The position numbers and the translations under genes were made by a program. Positions 1-9,232 of a stretch of 64,000 nucleotides of DNA are shown here, in pieces (within the stretch, counting starts at the first letter, position 1; every line of letters starts with the position of its first letter). A model generated the notes under the pieces. That model was not told the DNA's origin and made no database searches. It saw nothing but the letters and a program-made list of their open reading frames with translations. This DNA comes from Cinqassovirus ah1 (Duplodnaviria; Heunggongvirae; Uroviricota; Caudoviricetes; Straboviridae). The DNA lies in IMG/VR virus record IMGVR_UViG_2974724611_000001, positions 76,650 through 140,649 of that record, one strand, 5' to 3'.

Positions 1-1441
1 CTTCCAACAGGCAATTGAAATACATCTGACGGATAGTAGGAGACATTTCACGCATGTATCCCAGAATACCAATTACGATACTATCGCCGTTGGCTCCCTT
101 GTAATGATCAAGCATGTCTTTGCCTAGTTTTCCGCTTGTAATCTCAAGAGCAACGTCGGTAGTATTAAATCCGAATAGCCAGCAAGTTGGGTCAGACTTA
201 ATATTGCCAAAAGTCATTGCCATAGTCTGATAAGCAGAATACGGAATTTGATTGCCAAGAATGCCGTACTTTTCTTTTAGCCCACGGAAGAATGAAATGT
301 TGTTGCGTAGAAACTCAACGTTTTTCAATTCCAACGCTTCTTCGATTGCGTATACACCCGTGGAATTATCCATAAACAGGAATGCAGCGATTCGTTTTCC
401 GATTTCAGTCAACTGGGTAACAGTGTACACATAACGTTGGCGCCACTTGTTATGGATTTCAACTTGTTCTTCGTCGGTAAGATCAAACTCGAATCCAGTT
501 ACCATATGTCCTTGATTGCTAACAGTAGGATAAGCCAACTGTGACATTGCCTGTAATCCTCTCAGACCGGTATCAGAATCAACGCACTTTTCAATCTGAC
601 TGGAAATGAATTGGAGCAATCCCGCTTCATGATCATATGTCAGATAGTCTGGCTGAACAGGAACAGCTACAGGCTCGTCCTGGACGCTCGGAGCAGCATC
701 ATCGGTAACGTCATTGACGTCAGGAGAAGCGTGGACTTGTGCCACGTTATCGTTCTTGTCGTCGTCATCATCGTCACCTACATTCGATGTAACACCTGCA
801 CCAGCAGCAGTACCGACAGTTACGGTATTTACACCAGCAAGGCGCGCATACTTAACATACATACTAACTGTCCACAAATCTTCACCCGCTTCTGGGAATT
901 TCTTCAAGACTCGACGCAACTCTTTGGAAGTGTCGATCAGACTAATAGCTCCGGTCTTGAACTTATTCATTAGCTCACGGAGCTTAGGATGCAAGTTCGT
1001 CAGCGCGGTAGATTTGATGTTTGCTACCCAACCACGGACGATATCATCATCAACGGTATTAATAACACCAGCTTTACACTTAACTAGGAAGCGGGTCATT
1101 TCGCTTACCTTAGCGTCACTGATAAACATTTTCTTATCAGCCATGAGTTTCAACACCAGAGAAATGTTATGGTTATCGTCTCCGATATTCTTTAACATCA
1201 ACTGGCCGTCACTCTTGAAATAACGCTCATACTTGCGCAGGCTAGACAGGTGATTCATCTGGCGAGCGGCATTGAAACTACCAAGAATACCGATGAAGTT
1301 GAACATGAAAGCATTCATGATCGCGGTTTCATCATCAACAAATGTTGCCTTGTTTGCGGCATCATACATGGTATTTTCTGCCAAGAAGCGTTGGTATTCC
1401 TCTTCTTCTTGACGTTCGAATAATTGTTTGGTTGTTAACAT
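1..1441 (-). CDS. Large late protein, possibly Alt-like (virion-internal ADP-ribosyltransferase); runs off the left edge
   Basis: Hand translation from ATG at 1441 (MLTTKQLFERQEEEEY...NAFMFNFIGILG...) appears open to the window edge; GAGG RBS and CTAAATA late box upstream; the catalytic domain is not in the window. Confidence 0.45.
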   Translation of the reverse strand, partial: MLTTKQLFERQEEEEYQRFLAENTMYDAANKATFVDDETAIMNAFMFNFIGILGSFNAARQMNHLSSLRKYERYFKSDGQLMLKNIGDDNHNISLVLKLMADKKMFISDAKVSEMTRFLVKCKAGVINTVDDDIVRGWVANIKSTALTNLHPKLRELMNKFKTGAISLIDTSKELRRVLKKFPEAGEDLWTVSMYVKYARLAGVNTVTVGTAAGAGVTSNVGDDDDDDKNDNVAQVHASPDVNDVTDDAAPSVQDEPVAVPVQPDYLTYDHEAGLLQFISSQIEKCVDSDTGLRGLQAMSQLAYPTVSNQGHMVTGFEFDLTDEEQVEIHNKWRQRYVYTVTQLTEIGKRIAAFLFMDNSTGVYAIEEALELKNVEFLRNNISFFRGLKEKYGILGNQIPYSAYQTMAMTFGNIKSDPTCWLFGFNTTDVALEITSGKLGKDMLDHYKGANGDSIVIGILGYMREMSPTIRQMYFNCLLE

Positions 1442-1474
1442 TTATGTTCCTCATTGGTGAGCTTTAATTTACTA

Positions 1475-1481
1475 TATTTAG
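1475..1481 (-). promoter_or_regulatory. Late promoter box CTAAATA
   Basis: Same box precedes several late genes in this window. Confidence 0.7.
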
Positions 1482-1492
1482 TGCGTCCAGCA

Positions 1493-1615
1493 CTGCGGCG
1501 TAAGCCGCTAGAGTAGAAAAGACAAAATAAAATCTCTTATAGATCTTTAATGAGAATCTATTTTGTCTTCCTTAAGGTAATCAATGAGTTAGCTTCGCAG
1601 TCGCCGGCGCGACTT
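1493..1615 (+). repeat. Dispersed palindromic repeat, copy 1
   Basis: GCGGCGTAAGCCGC hairpin, AAGACAAAATA...TATTTTGTCTT inverted repeat, AATCAATGAGTTA, GC hairpin; near-identical copies at 31150, 31341 and 60013. Confidence 0.9.
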
Positions 1616-1626
1616 CCTACAACTGA

Positions 1627-2529
1627 TTAACTTTTGTGCAAATAACTTGGTAAATGATCAATCATTGTACAAACAACTCGGTGAGTGAACTCTTTAACAA
1701 TACTATCAACTAGATCTTGTCGTTTGATATTCTCTACTAGCCAAGGAGTAAACTCTTGACTTTTGTACTGGACAGTTGTATATGCGCCAATCATTGATCC
1801 ATATATACTTGCGATTGTGTCGCTATCTAATCCCATGTTTGCTATGAGAAAAATCCCATACTCTTTGTGTTCGAACTCTAGGAACACTCTCCAAGCGATT
1901 GTGAGCGAGTCCTTAACGTAGCCAGTAGGCAAGCATGAGTCTTCATCGAAATACGCTCCAAACTCTTTGGATAGCGTCCTTTTGTTTACTCCGTCGAATA
2001 TCCGATGCATGATACGAACATATAGCATAGAGTAATGCAGACACAACGGAACCGGATGGGTAAACTCCGTCATGTATTTAACGATTCGCTCGATATCTTC
2101 TGGACTTCTACCGTAAGTTGCAATCGCGACTGGATACATACGCATGAGCGCGCCGTTACCGGCACCTTTAGATGGGTCTGTTACCGGTTGGTCCTTGAGT
2201 ATGGCATAGGCAGTACCTGTACCAACATCAAAGCACTCGCCAGTGGAAGAAAACGCACCACGCTCGATCCAACGCTTCATATCGCGTTTAATAGCTGGAA
2301 CATCAAACTCACCATATTTGAAGTTGCGCATGGTGATCAGCGCACAGGTGGTATCGTCTGTGAAGTTACCGTATTGATTGTTAAAAACATCGCGTTTTGT
2401 TTTCAGGAGTTCGAGATCTACGTTACGCAGTCTTTTCTTTCCTTTAGTGCCGAAATTGAATTCGTTGAATGCGCCTACGCAATCGCCAATGATTGCAGCT
2501 TGTGTGGTGTTTTTGATAATGTCGATCAT
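1627..2529 (-). CDS. ADP-ribosylglycohydrolase (DraG/ARH family)
   Basis: Motifs GDCVG, FTDDT, CFDVG, GNGALMR, DSDT. Confidence 0.9.
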   Translation of the reverse strand: MIDIIKNTTQAAIIGDCVGAFNEFNFGTKGKKRLRNVDLELLKTKRDVFNNQYGNFTDDTTCALITMRNFKYGEFDVPAIKRDMKRWIERGAFSSTGECFDVGTGTAYAILKDQPVTDPSKGAGNGALMRMYPVAIATYGRSPEDIERIVKYMTEFTHPVPLCLHYSMLYVRIMHRIFDGVNKRTLSKEFGAYFDEDSCLPTGYVKDSLTIAWRVFLEFEHKEYGIFLIANMGLDSDTIASIYGSMIGAYTTVQYKSQEFTPWLVENIKRQDLVDSIVKEFTHRVVCTMIDHLPSYLHKS

Positions 2530-2597
2530 GATATTCTCATAAATGAAAAAGGGCCTTACTCGATAGGCCCAGATTGTACTTCAACTTTCTATGTAAA

Positions 2598-3215
2598 TCA
2601 ACGACGATGTGGAATAATTGATTCCATGTAGTTGTTGACATAGACAACATCACCAGCAACCCGTTGCAGGTTGCAATCATCCATTTCGGATTTGACAGAG
2701 TGGAACACAACTTGATCTTTGCTGTTGTCTTTGCTGATAATTTTCAGCAGGATGTATTCTTGTGTCATCGGGTCGATCATAGGCTCACCTCCCATTTTCA
2801 GAACTTCGATCCGAGTGCCGCTATTCCGGTACAGTTCGATCATGTCACCTTCGACGATAGCACGACCTGTAATCAGACCAGGATTCATCACTTTCCGTAC
2901 TTTGTGAGCGTAGAAACCGCCACGCTTAACCCAGCCCATTGTGCCGACTTCGATACTTTCGTTGGTGATACCAAAGTTAACTTTGTTGACCCGAGTGATC
3001 AGAGCGTTGCCGTTGACAATACGCATAGAAACACGTTCATCGCTCGCTTCTAGGTTGTAGACTGGCTCAACGTTGGTACCAGTTCGTTCGATATTCAGAA
3101 GAACATAAGAACGATCTTTGATTGAAATCGATTCTCCTGGTTTCATGTCAATCAGTCGGATATAGTTGTATTCTACTTTCGGGAGAGCTACTTGATGTTT
3201 CAGATAATAAGCCAT
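2598..3215 (-). CDS. Hypothetical protein
   Basis: 205-aa ORF in co-directional block with RBS. Confidence 0.7.
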   Translation of the reverse strand: MAYYLKHQVALPKVEYNYIRLIDMKPGESISIKDRSYVLLNIERTGTNVEPVYNLEASDERVSMRIVNGNALITRVNKVNFGITNESIEVGTMGWVKRGGFYAHKVRKVMNPGLITGRAIVEGDMIELYRNSGTRIEVLKMGGEPMIDPMTQEYILLKIISKDNSKDQVVFHSVKSEMDDCNLQRVAGDVVYVNNYMESIIPHRR

Positions 3216-3224
3216 GATATTTCC

Positions 3225-3422
3225 TTAGTGTGTGATTTCGTTAATACGAGTTTCGTATGCTTTGATATGACTGCGGAACAAATCCATATTTTCTTTGTGT
3301 TCCATGATAACAGCTTGTGACAGTGCGCGTTGTGCGAATGCATGAGATTCGATCAAAACTTCTTTCTCAATACCGAATCCACGTTTGGCGCGTTTTGCTT
3401 TCAGTTCAGCAGTAGTCATCAT
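3225..3422 (-). CDS. Hypothetical protein
   Basis: 65-aa ORF, tight packing, GAGG RBS. Confidence 0.6.
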   Translation of the reverse strand: MMTTAELKAKRAKRGFGIEKEVLIESHAFAQRALSQAVIMEHKENMDLFRSHIKAYETRINEITH

Positions 3423-3476
3423 GATTTATTCCTCAGTTCGTTTGATGTAGCTATATTAACAGCTATGAATTTCGTG

Positions 3477-3794
3477 TCAATCTTTTTTCGGAACTATTCT
3501 CACAAAAATTTTCATTGAGATCATGCCGCCTTCATAACAGAACTCTTCGACCATACCGGACTTTGGATCTTGTGTGATCTCAGGACACAGCTTAGTGAAC
3601 ATCCAATAGGTGTCGCGTTTGTACTGTTTGAAACTCTCGGTATCTCTGATCTTCTGTGACTTAGTTTTGCCATAGAAGTCATTCAGAACTCGCAGAATGT
3701 AGGCGAATCGATTTATCAATACCGGATGCGTTAGATAATGTTTTGTTTCGTAATGCATTTTATGCTCCAAAAGGGCCCGAAGGCCCTCGATCAA
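3477..3794 (-). CDS. Hypothetical protein
   Basis: 105-aa ORF, start overlaps upstream stop. Confidence 0.6.
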   Translation of the reverse strand: MIEGLRALLEHKMHYETKHYLTHPVLINRFAYILRVLNDFYGKTKSQKIRDTESFKQYKRDTYWMFTKLCPEITQDPKSGMVEEFCYEGGMISMKIFVRIVPKKD

Positions 3795-4339
3795 AATTCG
3801 TCATCCGACTCACATAGCTCAACAAAGCCGATTCCATGTGCATCCATAGCGCCTTCGTCGTTCTTACGGATAAGAATAGTCTTACCTTTAGCGTCACTCA
3901 GAACAACGGCATCGGAAGTAATCAACAGAACTTTGCATTTCCCGTTCCGACTTTCAACTTCATCGGCGATATCAAGTGGAGCACCGACACCGATCCGATA
4001 TGCTGCTTTTTCAACAAACAAGCCGTTGGAGCTTGCTTTGCGAACAATACCGAGAGGCTTCATTTGTTGACGAGTTACGCTATAAGTTTTGGAATCCTTA
4101 TATACCCGAGTAATCTCGACTTCATACGCACCGAACAGACGGAAAGTAAGCTCGGTTTTACCGTCTTCGGATTCAGCACGATAGAACGGAGAATATACTC
4201 CGGAACCATTGCTCACTCCGTATCGAACAAAATTTTTGAACTTGACGTTATTCGCTTCATCAACGAACGGCTTACCGGCTAGGTGAATTTCCACAAGCTC
4301 CACAGGAACGTCTTTGATATTGCTCTTATGATAAAACAT
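3791..4339 (-). CDS. Hypothetical protein
   Basis: 182-aa ORF in packed operon. Confidence 0.7.
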   Translation of the reverse strand: MFYHKSNIKDVPVELVEIHLAGKPFVDEANNVKFKNFVRYGVSNGSGVYSPFYRAESEDGKTELTFRLFGAYEVEITRVYKDSKTYSVTRQQMKPLGIVRKASSNGLFVEKAAYRIGVGAPLDIADEVESRNGKCKVLLITSDAVVLSDAKGKTILIRKNDEGAMDAHGIGFVELCESDDEF

Positions 4340-4341
4340 AT

Positions 4342-4728
4342 TTACCCTTTTGATTTGTAATAACCGGATTTAACTCGTTCGCGATACGCTCGACGTTGCT
4401 CCAAAGTCAAATCGTCTTTCATCAGTGTTACTAGCTTATAAGGTTTCGGCATTTCTGTCAACTTCAAATATTGATTTGTTTCGCGTGGCGCACCGGGTCG
4501 TTTCTCAGACTCATAGAGAAAAGCTTTGCCAAGAATTTCGCATCCGTCAGAATGAAGCCACTTTGAGTAAAGAAATTCAATCGGAGGCGAACATAACCCA
4601 GTTACATCGCGATCTTCCGCTAGATCTCGCAGCTTGTCAAATTCTTCTTTGCTTACTTCCACATAATCATGAGTTACTTCTCCGACGTCGCAATATTCGT
4701 CGTGGTCTCGAATTCGTTCTATTCTCAT
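4342..4728 (-). CDS. Hypothetical protein
   Basis: 128-aa ORF in packed operon. Confidence 0.65.
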   Translation of the reverse strand: MRIERIRDHDEYCDVGEVTHDYVEVSKEEFDKLRDLAEDRDVTGLCSPPIEFLYSKWLHSDGCEILGKAFLYESEKRPGAPRETNQYLKLTEMPKPYKLVTLMKDDLTLEQRRAYRERVKSGYYKSKG

Positions 4729-5093
4729 TAGCTATTCACCCAGCAAGAGGAGTTATTGGTAATAAAAACTTTCGTTTTATAAAACCATTTGATTGCACTA
4801 TCTTTAGATTTAAACCGTTTTAGATAACTTGTGTTATCGGTTCCCTTGAAATATAGAACGGTATTGTGTCCGCTGTCAATAAATTTTTGCTCTTTTCCTT
4901 CTTCTTCGGAAACAGGCCATGTTGAACGTTCGTTGAGCAAATGACAAGCGGCGAACGTCCGTTCGCCAATTTTGATGCCCCAATAATCGTCTTTCTGTAT
5001 TTCTATGAATCCCAAAAACGTATAGCCTGTTATTCCACTCGACATATAGTTAATGAGATTCATTTTTGGATCGTCAAGGCACTTATGAATCAC
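4728..5093 (-). CDS. Hypothetical protein
   Basis: 121-aa ORF, coupled start/stop. Confidence 0.65.
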   Translation of the reverse strand: MIHKCLDDPKMNLINYMSSGITGYTFLGFIEIQKDDYWGIKIGERTFAACHLLNERSTWPVSEEEGKEQKFIDSGHNTVLYFKGTDNTSYLKRFKSKDSAIKWFYKTKVFITNNSSCWVNS

Positions 5094-5731
5094 GCTTTAC
5101 ATCCGTAATATTTGGAATCAACAAACTTACCGACGTAGATACCTTCCATATCCTGATAAATCACAATCTGAGAATCACGATTTGGCAGCATAGGACTCGC
5201 CTTAGTTACGTCGATTGAAACCATATCGATGTTATCGAAACATGGCGGAGTTTTACCGTCTTTCGACTTGACTTCACGATCTTGCCAGATATCGGTAACT
5301 TTCGGACGAGTTACACGTTTGGTCTTGTTAATCACTTGTATAGTGAAAATAACATCGATTTCATGAACTACTTCAATCCTCTTGATGTAAGACATAAATT
5401 TCAGCAGTCGATTTGCAGAGCCGTTGAAATCTGCATAACCGGAGAAGTCCAGAACTATAACATCGATTTTACGCTCTCTGCCAAGCTCTACCACAGCGTT
5501 ATGAACCGCGTCCTGTAGGGCACTCATAGTTACGCCGTCAACTTCACCAACAGCGATTTCACCGTCACCAAATTCGGTATCGATATCTGAGATTTTACCA
5601 ATGATACTTTCTTGGGTTTCTTCGTTGTTCAAAAAGACGACATACTTGCCTTTCTTCGCTTCTTCTACCGCAAGTTCAATAGCTTTGCTAGTCTTGCCTG
5701 CACCGGCACTTGCTTTAATTACCTTGATCAT
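5090..5731 (-). CDS. P-loop NTPase (RecA/DnaB-like fold)
   Basis: Walker A ASAGAGKTS, FLNNEE strand, Walker B-like VIVLD. Confidence 0.7.
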   Translation of the reverse strand: MIKVIKASAGAGKTSKAIELAVEEAKKGKYVVFLNNEETQESIIGKISDIDTEFGDGEIAVGEVDGVTMSALQDAVHNAVVELGRERKIDVIVLDFSGYADFNGSANRLLKFMSYIKRIEVVHEIDVIFTIQVINKTKRVTRPKVTDIWQDREVKSKDGKTPPCFDNIDMVSIDVTKASPMLPNRDSQIVIYQDMEGIYVGKFVDSKYYGCKA

Positions 5732-5987
5732 TTACTTCCTCGTGATATTCTTCTAACCAGTAGTTATCTGAGTCTTTGTTCCGACGTTTCAAATCTGCTT
5801 GAATGCAATCAATAACGTCTTGATGATTTCGCATTTTCTCCGCATGTGGCTCAACATCGGATTCTACAGTGAATTTTATCTCACCAATAAGAACAATGCA
5901 ACTCATAAAATCGCGACGTTTAACCCAAACAGTAACATCATACTTCTTGAGTTTCGATTTGCGCTTGAAATAGTTAAGTAGATTCAT
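5715..5987 (-). CDS. Hypothetical protein
   Basis: 90-aa ORF. Confidence 0.6.
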   Translation of the reverse strand: MNLLNYFKRKSKLKKYDVTVWVKRRDFMSCIVLIGEIKFTVESDVEPHAEKMRNHQDVIDCIQADLKRRNKDSDNYWLEEYHEEVNDQGN

Positions 5988-6003
5988 TATAAAAATCTGG
6001 GAA

Positions 6004-6261
6004 TTAACCCCGATTCTCCAGAGATTTGATCATCGCATAGAGTCGATCAATATGACGGCGCTGGGAGATTACCATCATCCACATAAACACAAAGAACGAC
6101 ATAGCAGAGATTACAAATGAGCCTTCCACTTGATAGTTTTCGTAGCCAGCATACAGATCCATGAAAATGTATGAATAGCCTAGAAACATCAGCAGAAGAT
6201 AGATAACATTGTCTACCTTGAAATTCCACTTGCCGTCTACTTTCATTCGAGTATCAATCAT
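6004..6261 (-). CDS. Small membrane protein
   Basis: Two hydrophobic segments. Confidence 0.6.
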   Translation of the reverse strand: MIDTRMKVDGKWNFKVDNVIYLLLMFLGYSYIFMDLYAGYENYQVEGSFVISAMSFFVFMWMMVISQRRHIDRLYAMIKSLENRG

Positions 6262-6271
6262 TTTTATTTCC

Positions 6272-6463
6272 TTAGTTCATTACTAACATAAATGGGCAGT
6301 TTACGCAAACACCGTACCAAAGTGCGCCGCTTGCTACAACTGGGATAAGAGTTCCAATATCAATCTTGCCGCTCAACGCAAGTTGCGCATATGTACCAAA
6401 AGCGGTAGCGAACGAGACAACAACAGCAATAACGACAAGGACAATCCAACCGAATATGATCAT
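6272..6463 (-). CDS. Small membrane protein
   Basis: Start at MIIFGWIV overlapping upstream stop; hydrophobic. Confidence 0.6.
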   Translation of the reverse strand: MIIFGWIVLVVIAVVVSFATAFGTYAQLALSGKIDIGTLIPVVASGALWYGVCVNCPFMLVMN

Positions 6464-6687
6464 ACAGTTAGATCTCTGTGAATTTGCGACAGTGCCGCTA
6501 GTTCGGTTTCGTCTTTGCAATCAAACGCCGCATCTTCAATCAGTCGCATGATGATATCATGATGTTTAATCAGGTTCATCATAACACGACGGGCATTTTT
6601 GAAATCATGATCACTCATTGACTTCGGTTTGCCTTGAATGCGAAGACCGTTACGTGCATTTTCTGGTAACATTTCATTCAGAAACAT
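6460..6687 (-). CDS. Hypothetical protein
   Basis: 75-aa ORF. Confidence 0.6.
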   Translation of the reverse strand: MFLNEMLPENARNGLRIQGKPKSMSDHDFKNARRVMMNLIKHHDIIMRLIEDAAFDCKDETELAALSQIHRDLTV

Positions 6688-7249
6688 ATTTTACTCCTAA
6701 CTTTTCGGCGATAGTTTTCAGTCGTTCTTCTCGATCAAGACGAGTCTCAATCACCATTCGAGTATAGAACGAGTTGGCAGCAATTTCAACTAATTTCTTC
6801 GTTGCTTCTTCAACATCAGATTTCAACACCGCTTGAGAAACGGAAGTTGTTACCATTCCGTTGACGATGTTAACATTCTTCATGTTTTCTGACGGGATAC
6901 GAACCGGACTATTTTGTGCGCTGGTACCGCGAGAATCAGCAGTAACTCGAATGTGTACCCAATCACAGTTACTTTCGTTCGGTACGTCAACGTCAATCAG
7001 CACGGTATCATCCGTTTGTAGAGACGAGAGAAATGCTAACGGTACTCGACCCAAATAACGTCCATCGAACTTTCCATCCAGATCAAAGAAGCAAACGTGA
7101 TAGACTTCTTGATTTTCCACTACCTTAGAAATAGCGTAAACGTTCTTCGGGTTACCAGTACCCATGATAACATCACGATAACGGAACGTTGCTCCAATTT
7201 CTTTCAGCATTTCGGCAATGCTATCGGTTGCTTTAGTGTGCATTTTCAT
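6674..7249 (-). CDS. Hypothetical protein
   Basis: ORF with GGAG RBS before ATG at 7249. Confidence 0.65.
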   Translation of the reverse strand: MKMHTKATDSIAEMLKEIGATFRYRDVIMGTGNPKNVYAISKVVENQEVYHVCFFDLDGKFDGRYLGRVPLAFLSSLQTDDTVLIDVDVPNESNCDWVHIRVTADSRGTSAQNSPVRIPSENMKNVNIVNGMVTTSVSQAVLKSDVEEATKKLVEIAANSFYTRMVIETRLDREERLKTIAEKLGVKYVSE

Positions 7250-7538
7250 TCTCCAGAATTTCAATGAGTCCAGTATACAGAGATTTGGCTTCTAGTTCAA
7301 CAAATTCAGGTAAATCCAGTAGATCGAAACATAGACAACGGCCGTAGTCCCAGCCAAGATTGTAAGCGATAGACTGCCACTTTGCTTTACTACCGAATGG
7401 TCGTTTATCGTGTTTCAGAAACTCGATCATCGTTACTGGGACAAAGCTTTCATCTTGCTCGGAGAAATCTGAATAGTAGCCTTTCAGAATCATCATGAGT
7501 CGTTCAAGTTCAAACGCCCGTGGCATACGACGCTTCAT
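7233..7538 (-). CDS. Hypothetical protein
   Basis: 101-aa ORF. Confidence 0.6.
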   Translation of the reverse strand: MKRRMPRAFELERLMMILKGYYSDFSEQDESFVPVTMIEFLKHDKRPFGSKAKWQSIAYNLGWDYGRCLCFDLLDLPEFVELEAKSLYTGLIEILENENAH

Positions 7539-7628
7539 GACTTGCGTCCAGTAGGTAATTCTACGGACGCCAACTACATCCAGATATTGATCGTCTATTT
7601 GCTTGATAAGCTTTTCTTTTCGTCCATG

Positions 7629-7883
7629 TTATTCCCCTTTCATATCAGTTTCGTATTTCTCGATCATCTGCATATTGATCCACTCGGGCTTGGTTTCGAA
7701 GCTGTTATACAGAGCTTTCATGCTTTCGATTTGTTCGCCAACACTGCCAGCCCACAGGCGAGATTCAGAACGATTTCCGTATCCCAGAAAGAACTCACAA
7801 TCGGATTTCATACGACTCAGTAGCATGTATTTGAATTCGTGGTCCGCTGGACGAGTTGCGATAACTTCTTGAATATAGGTCAT
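7629..7883 (-). CDS. LPD11-like protein (large polyvalent protein-associated domain 11)
   Basis: YMLLSRMKSDCEFFLGYGNRSESRLWAG...KPEW matches my recollection of the LPD11 signature; own sigma70-like promoter. Confidence 0.65.
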   Translation of the reverse strand: MTYIQEVIATRPADHEFKYMLLSRMKSDCEFFLGYGNRSESRLWAGSVGEQIESMKALYNSFETKPEWINMQMIEKYETDMKGE

Positions 7884-7911
7884 GATTTGTTCCTCTCGTT
7901 TGGATATGTCC

Positions 7912-7949
7912 ATAATAGCAGGTTAGATTGGCATGTCAAGCACCAAAAC
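7912..7949 (-). promoter_or_regulatory. sigma70-like early promoter
   Basis: TTGACA-16 nt-TATTAT. Confidence 0.55.
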
Positions 7950-7950
7950 G

Positions 7951-7973
7951 AAAAGGCACCCGAAGGTGCCTTA
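7951..7973 (-). terminator. Intrinsic terminator
   Basis: AAGGCACC-TTCG-GGTGCCTT hairpin followed by T-run on minus strand. Confidence 0.75.
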
Positions 7974-7988
7974 ATTTATCTTAACTGA

Positions 7989-8267
7989 TCACTCATTATC
8001 CCAAGAACGTTTTACGTTACGTCCGTCGCGACGAGGACGAGACTTGTCTTTGGCTGGTTTTTCGATGTGCTCACGCTCTTCCATGATAGACTTGATCAAA
8101 TCGTAATACTCGGCCAGATTATGAGCGCGTTCGCGATCTGCATCGGAACAATCCTGTTGATCTGCATGATATTGTGCAGCAGCGCGAGACTTCAACACAG
8201 TTTTACGCAGTGCATTCAGACGTTCGGTAGTCAGATTGCGGAGTTTTTTCTCAGTTAGAAATTCCAT
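7989..8267 (-). CDS. Hypothetical protein
   Basis: 92-aa ORF. Confidence 0.6.
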   Translation of the reverse strand: MEFLTEKKLRNLTTERLNALRKTVLKSRAAAQYHADQQDCSDADRERAHNLAEYYDLIKSIMEEREHIEKPAKDKSRPRRDGRNVKRSWDNE

Positions 8268-8322
8268 CTTTGTTTCCTACAGGTGGTTTTAATACACTAT
8301 CACTATCACTAATGGCAGATAT

Positions 8323-8444
8323 TGGCGGAGAAGGTGGGATTCGAACCCACGACCAACAGTTTGATTTTGCAAGGGTTTGCGGTAAAGAATCTTAATCAGA
8401 TTCCGCTTTTTGCGACTACTGCTCTACCACTGAGCTACTTCCCC
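8323..8444 (-). ncRNA. tRNA-bodied RNA with about 50-nt insert replacing the anticodon arm (CCGCAA module)
   Basis: GGGGAAG/CTTCTCC acceptor with GCCA end, canonical D arm GCTCAGTGGTAGAGC and T arm GTGGGTTCGAATCCCAC; 122 nt. Confidence 0.8.
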
Positions 8445-8460
8445 AAATTTTTAACAACAC

Positions 8461-8583
8461 TATGCTGGCGGTCTGGGCCTCGAACCCAGATTACAGGCTT
8501 AACAGGCGAGTATTTATTGCGGAAAACATTCTTATCAGAATGAATTTTACAGTGTCCTACCAATTAGACGAACCGCCAGCATA
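8461..8583 (-). ncRNA. tRNA-bodied RNA with CCGCAA-module insert and Asn-like anticodon loop
   Basis: TGGCGGT/ACCGCCA acceptor, D arm GTCTAATTGGTAGGAC, T arm CTGGGTTCGAGGCCCAG; no encoded CCA. Confidence 0.75.
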
Positions 8584-8589
8584 ATGTTG

Positions 8590-8719
8590 TTTGTTGTAGC
8601 GATACTGGATTCGAACCAGTGACGTTTCTCGATGTGCCCACACTTAACGGAATCGAACCGTTCTCGATACTTCTCTGCGATCAGAGGCGTTCTCCCGCTG
8701 AACTAATCGCGACAACAAA
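8590..8719 (-). ncRNA. tRNA-like RNA with two T arms
   Basis: Val-like 5' half (GCGATTAGTTCAGCGGGAGAAC); T arms AACGGTTCGATTCCGTT and ACTGGTTCGAATCCAGT. Confidence 0.7.
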
Positions 8720-8732
8720 ACAATCTTAACAC

Positions 8733-9152
8733 TTATTTCTTAGAGGGTAAACCTTTTTCGTTGAAATTTTTCACTGCCAGTTTGAACTTCAAACGAATCA
8801 ACGTTTCCCGATTCGGATTTACTTTCATGATCTTGGCGTTACCGCGATGAATCAGCGCGTAAACATCCTCGATCTGATTGCGAGCGATAAGCTCCGCGAA
8901 CTCCTCACTATATCGAATCTGAGTAGTGAAGTCGATAAACTCCTCACCTGAAATCAGATCAACAGAACGAGTTACGGCACCATCATACATGTATTCCGTG
9001 TTTACAACAACTCGAACATTATCAGCACCGTCGAACGAGATCATTGGAATACCAAGAGGACGTTTGTATGAAAGTGACAACAGACGATCTTTCTCTTTCT
9101 GTTCTTCTTGTTCTTTACGCTTTGCTTCCGTGCCACTTGCCTTCTTCGACAA
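8733..9152 (-). CDS. Hypothetical protein (true start probably ATG 9203 across an indel)
   Basis: 139-aa ORF; upstream GAGG RBS and ATG lie in another frame. Confidence 0.55.
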   Translation of the reverse strand: MSKKASGTEAKRKEQEEQKEKDRLLSLSYKRPLGIPMISFDGADNVRVVVNTEYMYDGAVTRSVDLISGEEFIDFTTQIRYSEEFAELIARNQIEDVYALIHRGNAKIMKVNPNRETLIRLKFKLAVKNFNEKGLPSKK

Positions 9153-9232
9153 TAGCAGTATAGGTATTAGGAAACAGCAGTTTAGCCAGATATTTCATAC
9201 TCATGATAACTTCCTCTTAGTTAATGTCGCCA

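Noticed and set aside
8323-8583. Group I or group II introns in these tRNAs
   Set aside because: The inserts are about 40-50 nt, far too short and lacking catalytic core motifs.
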